DNA from: an uncultured cyanobacterium
Lineage (GTDB): Bacteria; Cyanobacteriota; Cyanobacteriia; Cyanobacteriales; CAWUOF01
Assembly (NCBI GenBank): GCA_963744145.1
Contig: CAVUSO010000001.1
Location: forward strand, 6,784,001 to 6,848,000
Length of the DNA stretch: 64,000 bases
Reading direction: 5' to 3'
The notes under the pieces are model-generated. The model was not told where the DNA came from. It saw only the letters and a program-made list of their open reading frames with translations, and ran no database searches. Numbering within the stretch: position 1 is the first letter of the stretch; each line of letters begins with the position of its first letter. The translations under genes and the position numbers were made by a program. Below, piece by piece: positions 11,515 through 22,079 of this stretch.

Positions 11515-14247
11515 ATGAAGAAAACTCATCCTGATCAACCTAAAAAAACAGCTCAAAAATTTCCCCTTAACCTAGTTTTAATAATACCATTTCTGTTAGA
11601 AATTTTTGCCGCAGTTGGATTAACAGGTTGGCTATCATTAAGAAATGGAAAAATTGCTGTTAATGATTTAGCTACCCAATTAAGAAATGAAGTTAGTGCC
11701 AGAATTGAACAACACTTAACAAATTTCTTAGCTTTTCCGAAAATGGTCAACAAAAATATCTTAGATGCGATCGAATTTGGCTGGTTAGATTTAGAAAACC
11801 CGCGTAGTATGGAGCGTTTTTTTTGGAAACAATTGCAACTATTTCCAACTGTTAGTTACGTTGAGTTTGGTAATGAAAAAAGACGATTTTTGGGTTTTGA
11901 AAGATTAGCTAATGGTAAATTTAGTATTGATATAGCTGATGAGGTCACCGATTATAACTATAATACATATTCTACCGATCAGCAAGGTCATTTAACCAAA
12001 CAATTATTAAATATATCTCCCAACTATGATCCGCGACTTCGTCCTTGGTATACTCCGGTTCTTAGCAGTGGTCAATCTACTTGGGGAGATATCTATACCT
12101 ATTTTTCCGATAAAAATAAGCTCGCAATTACCTATTCAACTCCAGTTTATGATCACAATCACAAATTGTTAGGAGTGATTGGTACAGACATGATTTTATC
12201 AGATATTAGTAAATTCTTAAGAACTTTAAAAATTGGCAAAACTGGGCAGACTTTTATTATCACTCGGACGGGAAAATTGGTAGCTAGTTCTCAAACAATA
12301 CCATCATCTCCACCGAATCAAGTAAATAATTCTGCCCATCAGCTTATTCAAAGTACCACTCAATACTTAAGTAATCAATTTGGTAATCTCAATCAGATTC
12401 ATCAACTACAACAACTAGAATTCATCTTTCAAAAGCAGCGAGAATTTTTGCAAGTATTACCTTATCAAGATCAGTTGGGTCTCGACTGGTTAATTGTCGT
12501 AATTGTCCCAGAAGATGACTTTATGGCTCAAATTGATGCTAATACTAATAGTACCATCATTTTGTGTATTTTAGCACTAGCGATCGCGACAGGTTTAGGA
12601 GTTCTCACAGCTCGGATTATCCAAAAACCGATTTATCGATTGAGCGAAGCATACCAAGCTCTTGCGGATGGTCAATTAGACCAAAAAGTCTCCGGTTCGA
12701 GTATCCAGGAATTAGAAAAATTAGCCCTTTGTTTTAACCAAATGGCTGACAAATTACATGAATCATTTAATATCTTAGAACAAACTAATTCGGAGTTAGA
12801 AAGTCGGGTATCTGAACGTACTATTGAGTTACAAAAAGCCAAGGAAGTTGCAGATTCTGCTAATCAAGCCAAAAGTGAATTTCTAGCGAATATGAGTCAC
12901 GAATTACGCACACCTCTAAACGGTATCCTTGGTTACGCCCAAATTCTCCAACGGGCTAAAGACTTAAGTCCAAAACACCGTCAAGGAGTGAATATTATTG
13001 AGCAAGCTGGTTCTCATCTACTCACCTTAATTAACGATATTCTAGATTTAGCGAAAATTGAAGCTCGCAAAATGGATCTGGCACCGAAAGATTTTCATTT
13101 CCTCTCGTTTTTAGCAGGAGTAGCAGAAATTAGTCGAGTCCGAGCCGAAGCAAAAGATCTTAATTTCTATTATCTACCTGATCAGAATTTACCAACCGCA
13201 GTGTTAGCTGATGATAAACGATTGCGTCAAGTTTTGATTAATTTGCTGGGTAATGCGATCAAATTTACGGAACGCGGTCACGTTACTTTCCAAGTAGAAG
13301 TCTTACTACAAACAGCCGAAACTACCAAAATTCGCTTCAGTATTATTGATACGGGTGTAGGGATGAGTCCAGAACACCTGAGTAAAATATTTTTACCTTT
13401 TGAACAAGTAGGTAGTTCCTATAAACGGACAGAAGGAACTGGATTAGGATTGACAATTTGTCGTCAATTAATCTCCATGATGAATAGTGAAATTCAGGTC
13501 AATAGTGAGTTAGGTAAAGGTAGTACATTTTGGTTTGAAGTGGAGTTTACCATTTCTCAAGAGTGGATCAATACAGCAACGACAATGACGGGTAATAAAA
13601 TTATCGGTTATACAGGTAAACAGCGGAAAGTTTTGATTGTTGATGATAAAGAAGTCAATCGTTTAGTAGTTGTAGAAATCTTAAAAAGTTTAGATTTTGC
13701 GATCCTTGAAGCGGACAATGGTTCTACGGGACTAGCACAAGTATTCGAGGTCAAACCAGATTTAATTATTACCGATATTGCGATGCCCGTGATGGATGGT
13801 TATGAATTTACTCAGAAAGTACGTGAGTTATACTCCCCAGTAATTCCGATTATTGCATCTAGTGCTAGTGTTTCTGCATCTGATCAAGGAAAAGCGATCG
13901 CGATCGGTTGTAATGATTTTCTGCCCAAACCGCTAGAAATGGAGCAACTATTTATGAAGTTGCAAAAATTTCTAAAACTAGAGTGGATCTATGAAAAACC
14001 CGAAAATCCACCATTGATTATCCCATCCTCATCTTCAGAACTAATTATCCCTCCAGCAGCAGAATTAGAACAATTACAAGAAGGGGTTAAAATTGGTGAT
14101 ATTGATTTAATTGAACAAGAAGCGCGACGGATTCAAAAACTTGCTCCTGAGTATGTAACTTTTGCTAAACGAGTGTTAGCATTAGCTCAGGAATTTGATG
14201 AACAAGGAGTTCGGGAATTACTTCAGCAATCAGGACATAGTTGTTAA
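11515..14247 (+). CDS. Hybrid histidine kinase: dCache-HAMP-HisKA-HATPase-REC
   Basis: YDPRLRPWY Cache motif, HAMP (EL..LA..FNQMA), kinase/receiver module near-identical to the upstream gene. Confidence 0.9.
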   Translation: MKKTHPDQPKKTAQKFPLNLVLIIPFLLEIFAAVGLTGWLSLRNGKIAVNDLATQLRNEVSARIEQHLTNFLAFPKMVNKNILDAIEFGWLDLENPRSMERFFWKQLQLFPTVSYVEFGNEKRRFLGFERLANGKFSIDIADEVTDYNYNTYSTDQQGHLTKQLLNISPNYDPRLRPWYTPVLSSGQSTWGDIYTYFSDKNKLAITYSTPVYDHNHKLLGVIGTDMILSDISKFLRTLKIGKTGQTFIITRTGKLVASSQTIPSSPPNQVNNSAHQLIQSTTQYLSNQFGNLNQIHQLQQLEFIFQKQREFLQVLPYQDQLGLDWLIVVIVPEDDFMAQIDANTNSTIILCILALAIATGLGVLTARIIQKPIYRLSEAYQALADGQLDQKVSGSSIQELEKLALCFNQMADKLHESFNILEQTNSELESRVSERTIELQKAKEVADSANQAKSEFLANMSHELRTPLNGILGYAQILQRAKDLSPKHRQGVNIIEQAGSHLLTLINDILDLAKIEARKMDLAPKDFHFLSFLAGVAEISRVRAEAKDLNFYYLPDQNLPTAVLADDKRLRQVLINLLGNAIKFTERGHVTFQVEVLLQTAETTKIRFSIIDTGVGMSPEHLSKIFLPFEQVGSSYKRTEGTGLGLTICRQLISMMNSEIQVNSELGKGSTFWFEVEFTISQEWINTATTMTGNKIIGYTGKQRKVLIVDDKEVNRLVVVEILKSLDFAILEADNGSTGLAQVFEVKPDLIITDIAMPVMDGYEFTQKVRELYSPVIPIIASSASVSASDQGKAIAIGCNDFLPKPLEMEQLFMKLQKFLKLEWIYEKPENPPLIIPSSSSELIIPPAAELEQLQEGVKIGDIDLIEQEARRIQKLAPEYVTFAKRVLALAQEFDEQGVRELLQQSGHSC

Positions 14248-14253
14248 ACCGGA

Positions 14254-15653
14254 TTAATCAGCACTAGTTTTGGCAAAATGTTCTTGCAATAAAGGATGAA
14301 TAAAACGATAACTGCGATCGCTATGTTGCAACATCAACCGTTGGGTCGCATAATTGAGAAAACGTTCATAATTCCAGGGAATATAACCGCGCCACGCCAA
14401 AATTAAGCGTAGGGTTAGATTGTCTATAGAAGGAATACTAGGAATTAAAATACCGATAATTCCTGCTATTAGCCCGATGATTATTCCTAACATTAATCCG
14501 CTCAACAATCCAAAAATTACACAAGTAACCAATGCCAAAGCTAAGGATTTAATTAATTTCCGTCCCAATTCATAAATCTGAACATCTGTGGGAGTTTGTA
14601 ACCAACTAGCAGGTAATTGATCAATCACCAACTCTTCGCTTAAATCTGCTTTCATTCTTTGAGCTAACCAAGCTAACCAAGCACGAGTTTGTTCTAGACT
14701 AGGTTCCTGACCTTGCTCATACCACGGCTGACTAATTTCGCGATTTAATTCTCTCCGAATATAAGCATTTAATAAATATCTAAGTCGTTCTTCCTCAGAT
14801 TCAAACCGTTTCCAAGAGTGAATTAAAATTTCTTCGTATGCTAGCACCATCACATTCAGCAACAATGGTGTTTTTGCCAAGTCTAATAAATTTAGATCAT
14901 CCTGAATATTTTCCCATAATTCTCGTCTTCTTACCTCAATTAAATAATCGCGAATTTGTTTTTTATTGAGAGGGCGTAACCGGATTACTCCTTTGAGTTG
15001 AAATCGCGAATGGCAATTTTTGTATTCTTTAAGATTAGCACAGATCATCAAATGTAACGAACCTTTAAATGATTGCAGTAATTGATTAATTGCTTGAATA
15101 CATAATTCTTGCCGATCTGGGGTTAATTCATTCAGTCCATCCAAAAGTAGTAAGAGTTGATTAGTTTTCAACCAATTTTTACTAATCTCATGCTCAACAC
15201 CATATTTTAAATTCAGTTGATCTACTAACCAGTCAGCTATAGGTTGGTGATCGTTTTTCCATGTAGATAAGTTAAGTAAAACTGGAATCACTGCACTTAG
15301 ATCTTTTCGGCCAGAATAGCCAGCTTTTTAGTTATTTTTAGGAGAGCGGTAGTTTTACCTGCCCCCTGTTCACCAACTATTAATAGCTTACCGCTAGCTT
15401 GCTCGAATACTTCAATGACACTCTTCTCAGGGGGCAGAAAGAAATTGGGTAATTGAGGGATCTTCACTTCTATGTCCCCCAATCGTCCGCTCCCCTGTGG
15501 TTTTTCTCCTTGGAGTAAATTCAGACGTACAGCTTTCTGTAAAGAGCTTTGTAAGCGTTGTTTGGCTTCATTTTTCACCTTTGTCAACAAGAGTTGTCGG
15601 TGGTGAGGAGGAATTGTTGGGCTTTCAGACCCATGATGAGGAGAAATTACCAT
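14254..15653 (-). pseudogene. NACHT-domain NTPase with C-terminal TM region, frameshifted near 15305
   Basis: Walker A GEQGAGKTT in ORF 15297-15653; IPVLLNLS.W, LLLDGLNE, PLLL, YRFIH.LLQEHFA in ORF 14254-15291; adding one A to GAAAAG gives AEKDLSAVIPV. Confidence 0.8.
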
Positions 15654-15925
15654 GGTGATGAACCCCTACCAGAGTGCCAAAGGCTTGTAAAATAAAGCAT
15701 TTGTTTAATTGCCATGACGATCTTTTGCCTTTTCTTTCATCCTATCATCACTAGATGTCACCTCTGTTAATCATTGTCAATTACCTGCGATGATCAGTTA
15801 AATTGCCTATTTGATGTCAAGTTTCAGGATTGGATTAGGTGCAGTTTGAAATTAAATTTAGTTAGTGGCTGAAGATTTGATTGTCACAATTATAAAAGCT
15901 TTATTTTTGTCTACGGGTTTAGGAT

Positions 15926-16792
15926 ATGAAATTTGTTCAAAATTTTCGGTTGGTTGTTGGCTCGGTTGAGAGGGCTAAAGCGCAACTACATACTTCTGGT
16001 AATTCCCTACTGGTGGTTACGGTTTTGGTCGCGATCGCTTGTGGATCTTGTTCTTCCACTCCTCCTCCACCACCGGTTAATTCTAGTACCACTCCACCAA
16101 CTATTTCTCCATCAGCTCCATCGACTGTTGTCCCTGCTACACCTATTCCTAGTTCTGCTCCAGCAGCTTCCTCTATTGTCCCTAATCAACCAGATAGTGC
16201 GACCGTTCCTCCAGCTCAAACCGCGACTGGGAATATTACAGCAGAGCCGATTGTGATTACACCACCAACCGATGGATGTAAGATTACATCAGCAAGGATA
16301 GATGATCCTAACCCACCGGTCAACGTTCGCTCTAGTCCAAAAGTAGATCCAGGTAATATCGTCGGTAAGGTTGATAATGGACAAGTAGTTGGGGTAACTG
16401 AGGAACAAAATGGTTGGTTCCAAATTGTTCAACCCAAAGGATGGATTAATAAAAATCTTACCCAAACCAGTTGTTCTCAAGTAAATCAACGCATTACTTT
16501 TGCTCCTCAAGGTAATTCGGCGATCGTTAAAGGTCAGATTATTGGTGGTGGTAGTCATAAATATGTGATTAGTGCTAACCAGGGTCAAATTATGACTGTG
16601 ACCAGTAATCAAGGTCCTTTACCATTTGTCTTTGCTCCTGGTGATGTTAATCAGCAACAAGACCTAACTCATATCGGTGGTAATAATCATGCCAATTGGA
16701 GCGGTCAGTTACCTGCTACTGGTGACTACACTATTCTATTTGATTCTAACTATAAAGGCTTTCAGTATGAAATTTCTATTCAAGTGAAATAG
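15926..16792 (+). CDS. Exported/lipoprotein with Pro/Ser/Thr linker and bacterial SH3 domain
   Basis: Hydrophobic stretch plus Cys, P/S/T-rich linker, VNVRSSP...GWFQI...GWI. Confidence 0.72.
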   Translation: MKFVQNFRLVVGSVERAKAQLHTSGNSLLVVTVLVAIACGSCSSTPPPPPVNSSTTPPTISPSAPSTVVPATPIPSSAPAASSIVPNQPDSATVPPAQTATGNITAEPIVITPPTDGCKITSARIDDPNPPVNVRSSPKVDPGNIVGKVDNGQVVGVTEEQNGWFQIVQPKGWINKNLTQTSCSQVNQRITFAPQGNSAIVKGQIIGGGSHKYVISANQGQIMTVTSNQGPLPFVFAPGDVNQQQDLTHIGGNNHANWSGQLPATGDYTILFDSNYKGFQYEISIQVK

Positions 16793-16827
16793 ATTGCACT
16801 GGCAATTTCATCAGGATTAGCTTGGGC

Positions 16828-17097
16828 TTAAATCCAAGCATTTGCTAAATCACTTGCAGTTAAAGTGGGATAGTCATAGAGAAGTTGAGACTCACTAATA
16901 CCTATATTACGAGCATTTACTAATACCCAAACAGGAATCCGAGTTCCAGCAATACAAGCATCACATCCACAAACATTTCTCGTTTTAGTAATTCCACGCC
17001 AATTGGGATTCAAACTGTGAGATAAAATGTGAATTGCTGCGCTTTTTTCTGTAGGAGATGAGGCAAGTAATTGTGTTTCTAGTTGTTTGATAGTCAT
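16828..17097 (-). pseudogene. DUF433 family antitoxin-like protein, probably truncated by a nonsense codon
   Basis: VCG.DACIAGTRIPVW.L, YP.LT..DL; after the TAA the frame continues AQANPDEIASAI, suggesting NAWI(Y)AQ. Confidence 0.7.
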
Positions 17098-17128
17098 ATA
17101 TATTGATTGGTTGTCATGGTGGTTTTAG

Positions 17129-17527
17129 CTAGTCGGCGATCGCCTTCAGAAAATTAATATCTATCTGCCAATTCTCATCTAAAAAATCCAGATTTTCATT
17201 ATAAATTAGATTGATTTCACCAATTTTTGGTGTTCTTTCATACTTAGGTGAATTTTCCAAAGCTATCTCCTCAATTTTGAGGATAAATTTCAGTTTAATC
17301 CATCGTTTCATCCCTTCCATACCAAGGTCGCTACTGACTAACTCAGCAGATAGGGAACGAGGTAAGGTAATTTCTTCATAAAATTTATCCTGTTCATCCC
17401 AGTAACCACAGATTTTATAATCACATGATTCTAAATGTTCGGTTACTAGAGCATTGGTATTTATATTTTCCAATACTTCAGTTAAATCTTGCCAAATTCG
17501 ATGATTTTTTAATTCTAGCTTTGTCAT
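17129..17527 (-). CDS. Acidic hypothetical protein, possible antitoxin/immunity partner
   Basis: 132-aa ORF directly downstream of the pseudogene at 17541-17849. Confidence 0.55.
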   Translation of the reverse strand: MTKLELKNHRIWQDLTEVLENINTNALVTEHLESCDYKICGYWDEQDKFYEEITLPRSLSAELVSSDLGMEGMKRWIKLKFILKIEEIALENSPKYERTPKIGEINLIYNENLDFLDENWQIDINFLKAIAD

Positions 17528-17540
17528 CGCTAATTTCTGA

Positions 17541-17849
17541 TTAATGTTCTGTTACAAAACCCGGAAAATGTAATACTCCGTCTAGGATTTTAGCATGAAA
17601 TCGGCGATCGCCTCCTTTACCTAGCACTTTTGATTTAAAATCGTAATCTGCTAATTCAGAAGGAACAAGACCCATATTACCACGCGGGGGAACAATTCCT
17701 TTTTCAATCGCTTTTAAATGTTTATTATTTTGGTCATATTTTATCCCCAGTTGAATTTGATCTTTGCTAAAAGATACTCACTGACCGTTAGTTGTTTGAT
17801 AAATTAGATCAGGCTGAATTCCATCCCAGCTATTCGGTAGATTTTCCAT
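17541..17849 (-). pseudogene. Unlisted ~102-aa ORF with internal TGA at codon 24; toxin-like C-terminus
   Basis: Manual translation MENLPNSWDGIQPDLIYQTTNGQ*VSFSKDQIQLGIKYDQNNKHLKAIEKGIVPPRGNMGLVPSELADYDFKSKVLGKGGDRRFHAKILDGVLHFPGFVTEH. Confidence 0.6.
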
Positions 17850-17894
17850 TTGATTTGTTGCTGAGATGACTGGGTATAAGCGATCGCTACAACT

Positions 17895-18529
17895 TTAGCC
17901 ATTATTCACCTGTCCCAATTTCTTTAAAATTTGTAGCACTTCAGACAACTCATGTCGCCGAGGAAATAGGGAAAATTCCCGTGACACATCATAATGTAGT
18001 ATTCCCTGATGAGTAAGTTTAATAAAAACAAAACTATCCCCATTAGTTGCCATACCAAAAGTTGATTGCTCCTGGTTAGAATTTGCCATCATATCAGCTA
18101 AAATTTGTGGTAATGCTGAGGTAACAGGAATACTGGTACGTTTTGATTCTATGACTAATATCCATAAATTTTCCTTGACCACTAAAACATCTATTAATCC
18201 CTTAATCACAGTCTGATCTGGGTCTTCAATCATTAATTCTACTGATTCAGGAGACTTAATTCTAAAAGGTGGATCTAAAAAACCTGCTACTTCTAATAAA
18301 GGAGAAACTACCACTAAATTAATGGTTCCTTCTAATAATGGTGAATATAAACGATGATAATCATACCGCTGTTTAATGCGCTCTAAAGCCGTTTTTTCTG
18401 CATCATTAATTTCTGGTAGATTATTATACCATTCTGGGAAGAAATTATCATCTTCAGTCTGAGTTAAATTAAATTTAGTCTGTAAATCATTCAAACTTTT
18501 AATCGTTTCACGAACACCAATTGTTGTTA
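17895..18529 (-). pseudogene. HsdR N-terminal-like PD-(D/E)XK nuclease; start codon (20113-20115) separated by an IS630 insertion
   Basis: G.IDVLVV...W.LVIESK, ALPQ.L..M, G..TNG motifs; removing the IS restores ATG GTA ACA ACA (MVTTIGV). Confidence 0.8.
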
Positions 18530-20109
18530 AGTAGTCGGACAAAAGTAATAGGTACTGTATTAACTTTTGTAAAACGTATGGGTCAAGCAATAAGCTGGAC
18601 AAAGTCATCGAAAAATTAGTCCAATCTGGGGAAGATTGGCCAAAGAAGTGGCTGGACAATGGGAGCAAAAAATTAGACTTATTTTGGTAATTAAGGGGAT
18701 AAGTGAGGTCGATTTTAGCTTCAAAAAAAACACCCTGATTGTGAAATAATTATAGAGCTAACTTAAAAGTTTGAAGAAAATGTCATCTCCTCCTTTGAGA
18801 ATATTTTTAACATCTGCGGAAAATCAAACCTTATGGGAATTAAATAGAGCCGAGGGAGTTCCACTAAGAACAAGAGATCGGGCTGCGAACTTGAGATTAT
18901 CATCAATGGGATGGAAAGTGGAACAGATCGGCAAGTATCTGAACTGGTCAATTAAGACAGTGAGAGCCACAATACATCGTTGGGAAAAACAGGGATTAGC
19001 AGGATTATGGGATGCGCCTCGTCCGGGCAGGAAAAGAAAATGGAGTCAGGCAGATTTGGCAGAAATTGAAAAAAAACTAGAGACAGAGGAACGAGCTTAT
19101 AATAGTCGTCAGTTAGTGAAATATCTAGCCCAGGAAAGGCAAGTAAAACTGAGCCAAAGACAGTTGCGTCGAATCCTCAAAAAAAACTATCGGTGGAAAA
19201 GAACGAGAACATCTCTAAAAGGAAAGCAAGACCAGGAAAAAAGAGCAACTAAAAGAAATGATTTAGAGATGTTGGAATTCGCGGCAGCCGCGGGTGAAAT
19301 ATGTTTAAAATATTTGGATGAATCAGGATTTAGCCTGTGGGCTGAACCTGTATATACCTGGGGGAAAATCGGCCAACAGAAACAGATCAAACAGCCTAAA
19401 AAGAAAGGGAAAAGATTAAATATATGTGGATTTTTGGCCGTGGGAGAAAGCTTTGAATATGGATTAAGTTTTAAGAGTTTTGACAGTAAGAATTATATCA
19501 AATTAATGGATTGGCAAGCCGCGCAAGCGGAAACTAGATTGAAAGAAACGGGCAAAATAACTGTAATTGTCCAAGACCAATATTCCGTTCACGTAAGTAA
19601 ATTGACGAAGAGCAACTATGATCAATGGGAAAAACAAGGATTATATATATTCCTATTATCCAGTTACTCTCCCGAATTAAATCTGATTGAAACGGAGTGG
19701 GAAAGAATCAAAGAAGATGAATTAGCTGGTCAAATGTTTGAGAATGAATATGAATTAACCATCGCGGTAAGAGCAGCAATCGAAGCTCGTCAAACTAGTA
19801 AGGGCTTAGAAGTAAAAAGATTTAGATTTGGTGGTCAGCCTAGCCAGGATGAACAAAAATCCTAATCGGGTTTATTCTAGTTCTAGTCAACCGGAAAAAT
19901 TCCATTAATTGTTTAATGAGAGGCTGAGGCAAAACTGACCATATTTATAGTTAATAGAAAATCTGGAAATGCAGTTTTCTTACTCTCTAGTGAAACCTAT
20001 TCAGTTGGACGGAGGGAATACTTTTATATGCTTTTCTCTGGTAAATTTGTGGGTCAAATTTACTCTTAAATAAAGTTAACATAGTTAACTTTATTTATGT
20101 CCGACTACT
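18530..20109 (+). mobile_element. IS630-family insertion sequence with terminal inverted repeats and TA duplication
   Basis: Ends AGTAGTCGGACA.../...TGTCCGACTACT; flanking TA at 18528-18529 and 20110-20111. Confidence 0.92.
18771..19865 (+). CDS. IS630 family DDE transposase (single continuous ORF)
   Basis: HTH region GL.GL.D.PRPGR; YLDESG, VQD...H, YSPELNLIE..W. Confidence 0.92.
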   Translation: MKKMSSPPLRIFLTSAENQTLWELNRAEGVPLRTRDRAANLRLSSMGWKVEQIGKYLNWSIKTVRATIHRWEKQGLAGLWDAPRPGRKRKWSQADLAEIEKKLETEERAYNSRQLVKYLAQERQVKLSQRQLRRILKKNYRWKRTRTSLKGKQDQEKRATKRNDLEMLEFAAAAGEICLKYLDESGFSLWAEPVYTWGKIGQQKQIKQPKKKGKRLNICGFLAVGESFEYGLSFKSFDSKNYIKLMDWQAAQAETRLKETGKITVIVQDQYSVHVSKLTKSNYDQWEKQGLYIFLLSSYSPELNLIETEWERIKEDELAGQMFENEYELTIAVRAAIEARQTSKGLEVKRFRFGGQPSQDEQKS

Positions 20110-20317
20110 TACCATGATTAAGTCACTCAATATAATCCACAAGACTGCCTAGCGATCGCACTTGACAAAGCTCTCAAAATTTGATATAATGAGGGTGATA
20201 AGGAAGAATTATCTTGCTAATAAGAAATAAATTTGGGTAGTTAGAGCAAAGAAACTGTTACCATTAACATATATTAACAGCAAGTTTAGAGATTACCTCT
20301 CCCCAGGAGCAAAAATT

Positions 20318-21640
20318 ATGGGAATGACCCTGACTGAGAAAATTTTAGCCAGAGCCTCGGGTCGAACACAAGTCCAACCGGGAGAAAATATCTGGGTTAA
20401 TGCGGATGTGTTAATGACCCACGATGTTTGTGGACCAGGAACAATTGGTGTGTTCAAACGGGAATTTGGTGAGGATGCTAAAGTTTGGGATCGGGAAAAG
20501 ATTGTGTTGATTCCTGATCACTATATTTTTACAGCCGACGAACGTGCTAATCGTAATGTCGATATTTTAAGAGAATTTGCCCAAGAACAAGGGATTAAAT
20601 ATTTCTACGATATTATCGATCGCTCGAATTTTAAAGCTAACCCTGATTATAAAGGTGTTTGTCATATCGCTTTAGCCCAAGAAGGACATACTCGTCCGGG
20701 AGAAGTGCTATTTGGGACTGATTCTCATACTTGTAATGCTGGTGCTTTTGGAGAGTTTGCAACCGGAATCGGTAATACTGATGCCGCTTTTATTATGGGT
20801 ACAGGTAAACTTCTGATTAAAGTACCCGCAACCATGCGTTTTGTCCTGGATGGGGAAATGCCTAATTATTTACTAGCTAAAGACTTAATTTTGCAAATAA
20901 TTGGCGATATTACGGTGGCTGGTGCTAATTATCGGACAATGGAATTTGCTGGTGAAGCCGTAACCAAGATGTCGATGGAAGACCGGATGACCCTTTGCAA
21001 TATGGCGATCGAAGCTGGGGGTAAAAATGGGACGATCGCCCCAGATGAAACTACGTTTGAGTATGTTCGTCCCCGGACTAATCAAAGATTTGAGCCAGTC
21101 TATAGTGATCCTGATGCCGCATTTTACAGCGATCGCCATTACGATGTTTCTCAATTAGAGCCAGTTGTTGCTAAACCCCATTCACCAGATCATCGTGCTT
21201 TAGCCAGAGAATGTAGTGATGTCAAGATTGATCGAGTCTATATTGGCTCCTGTACTGGTGGGAAAACTTCAGATTTCCAGTATGCAGCCCAGATTCTGAA
21301 AGGTCATCAGGTGAAAGTTCCCACCTATTTAGTCCCAGCAACCCAAAAAGTCTATGAAGATTTATTTACCCTGAAATATGAAGGACAAACTCTGTCCGAA
21401 ATCTTCTTAGCAGCAGGTTGTATTGAACCTGCTGCTCCTTCTTGTGCAGCTTGCTTAGGTGGTCCAAAAGATACCTTTGGTCGATTAAATGAACCAGAAA
21501 TCTGTGTTTCTACCACTAATCGCAATTTCCCCGGACGGATGGGTAATAAACAAGCTCAAGTTTATCTAGCTTCACCTTATACTGCCGCCGCGTCTGCCCT
21601 AACTGGTTATGTTACTGATCCGCGTCAGTTTCTAGGTTAG
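20318..21640 (+). CDS. leuC: 3-isopropylmalate dehydratase large subunit (aconitase family)
   Basis: MTLTEKILA, DSHTC..GAFG, IGSCT, CAACLG, STTNRNFPGRMG. Confidence 0.92.
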   Translation: MGMTLTEKILARASGRTQVQPGENIWVNADVLMTHDVCGPGTIGVFKREFGEDAKVWDREKIVLIPDHYIFTADERANRNVDILREFAQEQGIKYFYDIIDRSNFKANPDYKGVCHIALAQEGHTRPGEVLFGTDSHTCNAGAFGEFATGIGNTDAAFIMGTGKLLIKVPATMRFVLDGEMPNYLLAKDLILQIIGDITVAGANYRTMEFAGEAVTKMSMEDRMTLCNMAIEAGGKNGTIAPDETTFEYVRPRTNQRFEPVYSDPDAAFYSDRHYDVSQLEPVVAKPHSPDHRALARECSDVKIDRVYIGSCTGGKTSDFQYAAQILKGHQVKVPTYLVPATQKVYEDLFTLKYEGQTLSEIFLAAGCIEPAAPSCAACLGGPKDTFGRLNEPEICVSTTNRNFPGRMGNKQAQVYLASPYTAAASALTGYVTDPRQFLG

Positions 21641-22037
21641 TTGACACTCCCACGCCTAAAGGAGTGGGATTCTTGAATCAACGACCGTGTACGGGCGTAT
21701 TGCAATACGCCCCTACAACCCTAATTGCTTAGAATTAGCCAGAGGCCCAATCTCCTCAAGCGTATAAATTCCGGCGTGCCCCGCCGTATTTTTTTAACAA
21801 CATTTGATTAGTTGTAGATTATCGATGGGCAATCGGATCGTTAGATCCTAAAATTACGCCGTGCGACGCTTGCCGCAATTTTCAGCGTTGCCACCGATTG
21901 ATACTAATATCGCGTATTTTCCCAAGAAAATACGCGATTAAAATATAATCTAATAATTAATTTTCACGGCTCCTAAGCCAACAGCTATCCGATTCATCCC
22001 GACCCCTGAAAGGGGTGGGCTTTCTCGGTGACTACTT
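21641..22037 (-). mobile_element. Non-autonomous IS200/IS605-family derivative lacking tnpA/tnpB
   Basis: Minus strand: TTAC | left-end hairpin CCCACCCCTTTCAGGGGTCGGG ... tnpB-tail-like KNTAGHAGIY ... right-end hairpin (CCCACTCCTTTAGGCGTGGG) ending TCAA. Confidence 0.72.
21689..21716. repeat. REP-like palindrome GGGCGTATTGCAATACGCCC
   Basis: Same core at 58737-58762; variants at ~39912, ~40044 and ~62275. Confidence 0.75.
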
Positions 22038-22079
22038 GTAAAACCAAAAAATATCCGAGGTAGTAAAGGCTCGACTTTG

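Noticed and set aside
18530..18668. N-terminal ~45 aa of ORF 17895-18668 as native protein
   Set aside because: It is IS630 terminal sequence read in frame; the native start is at 20113-20115
19178..19187. Programmed frameshift at the A run in the IS630 transposase
   Set aside because: The ORF is already continuous across the run in this copy
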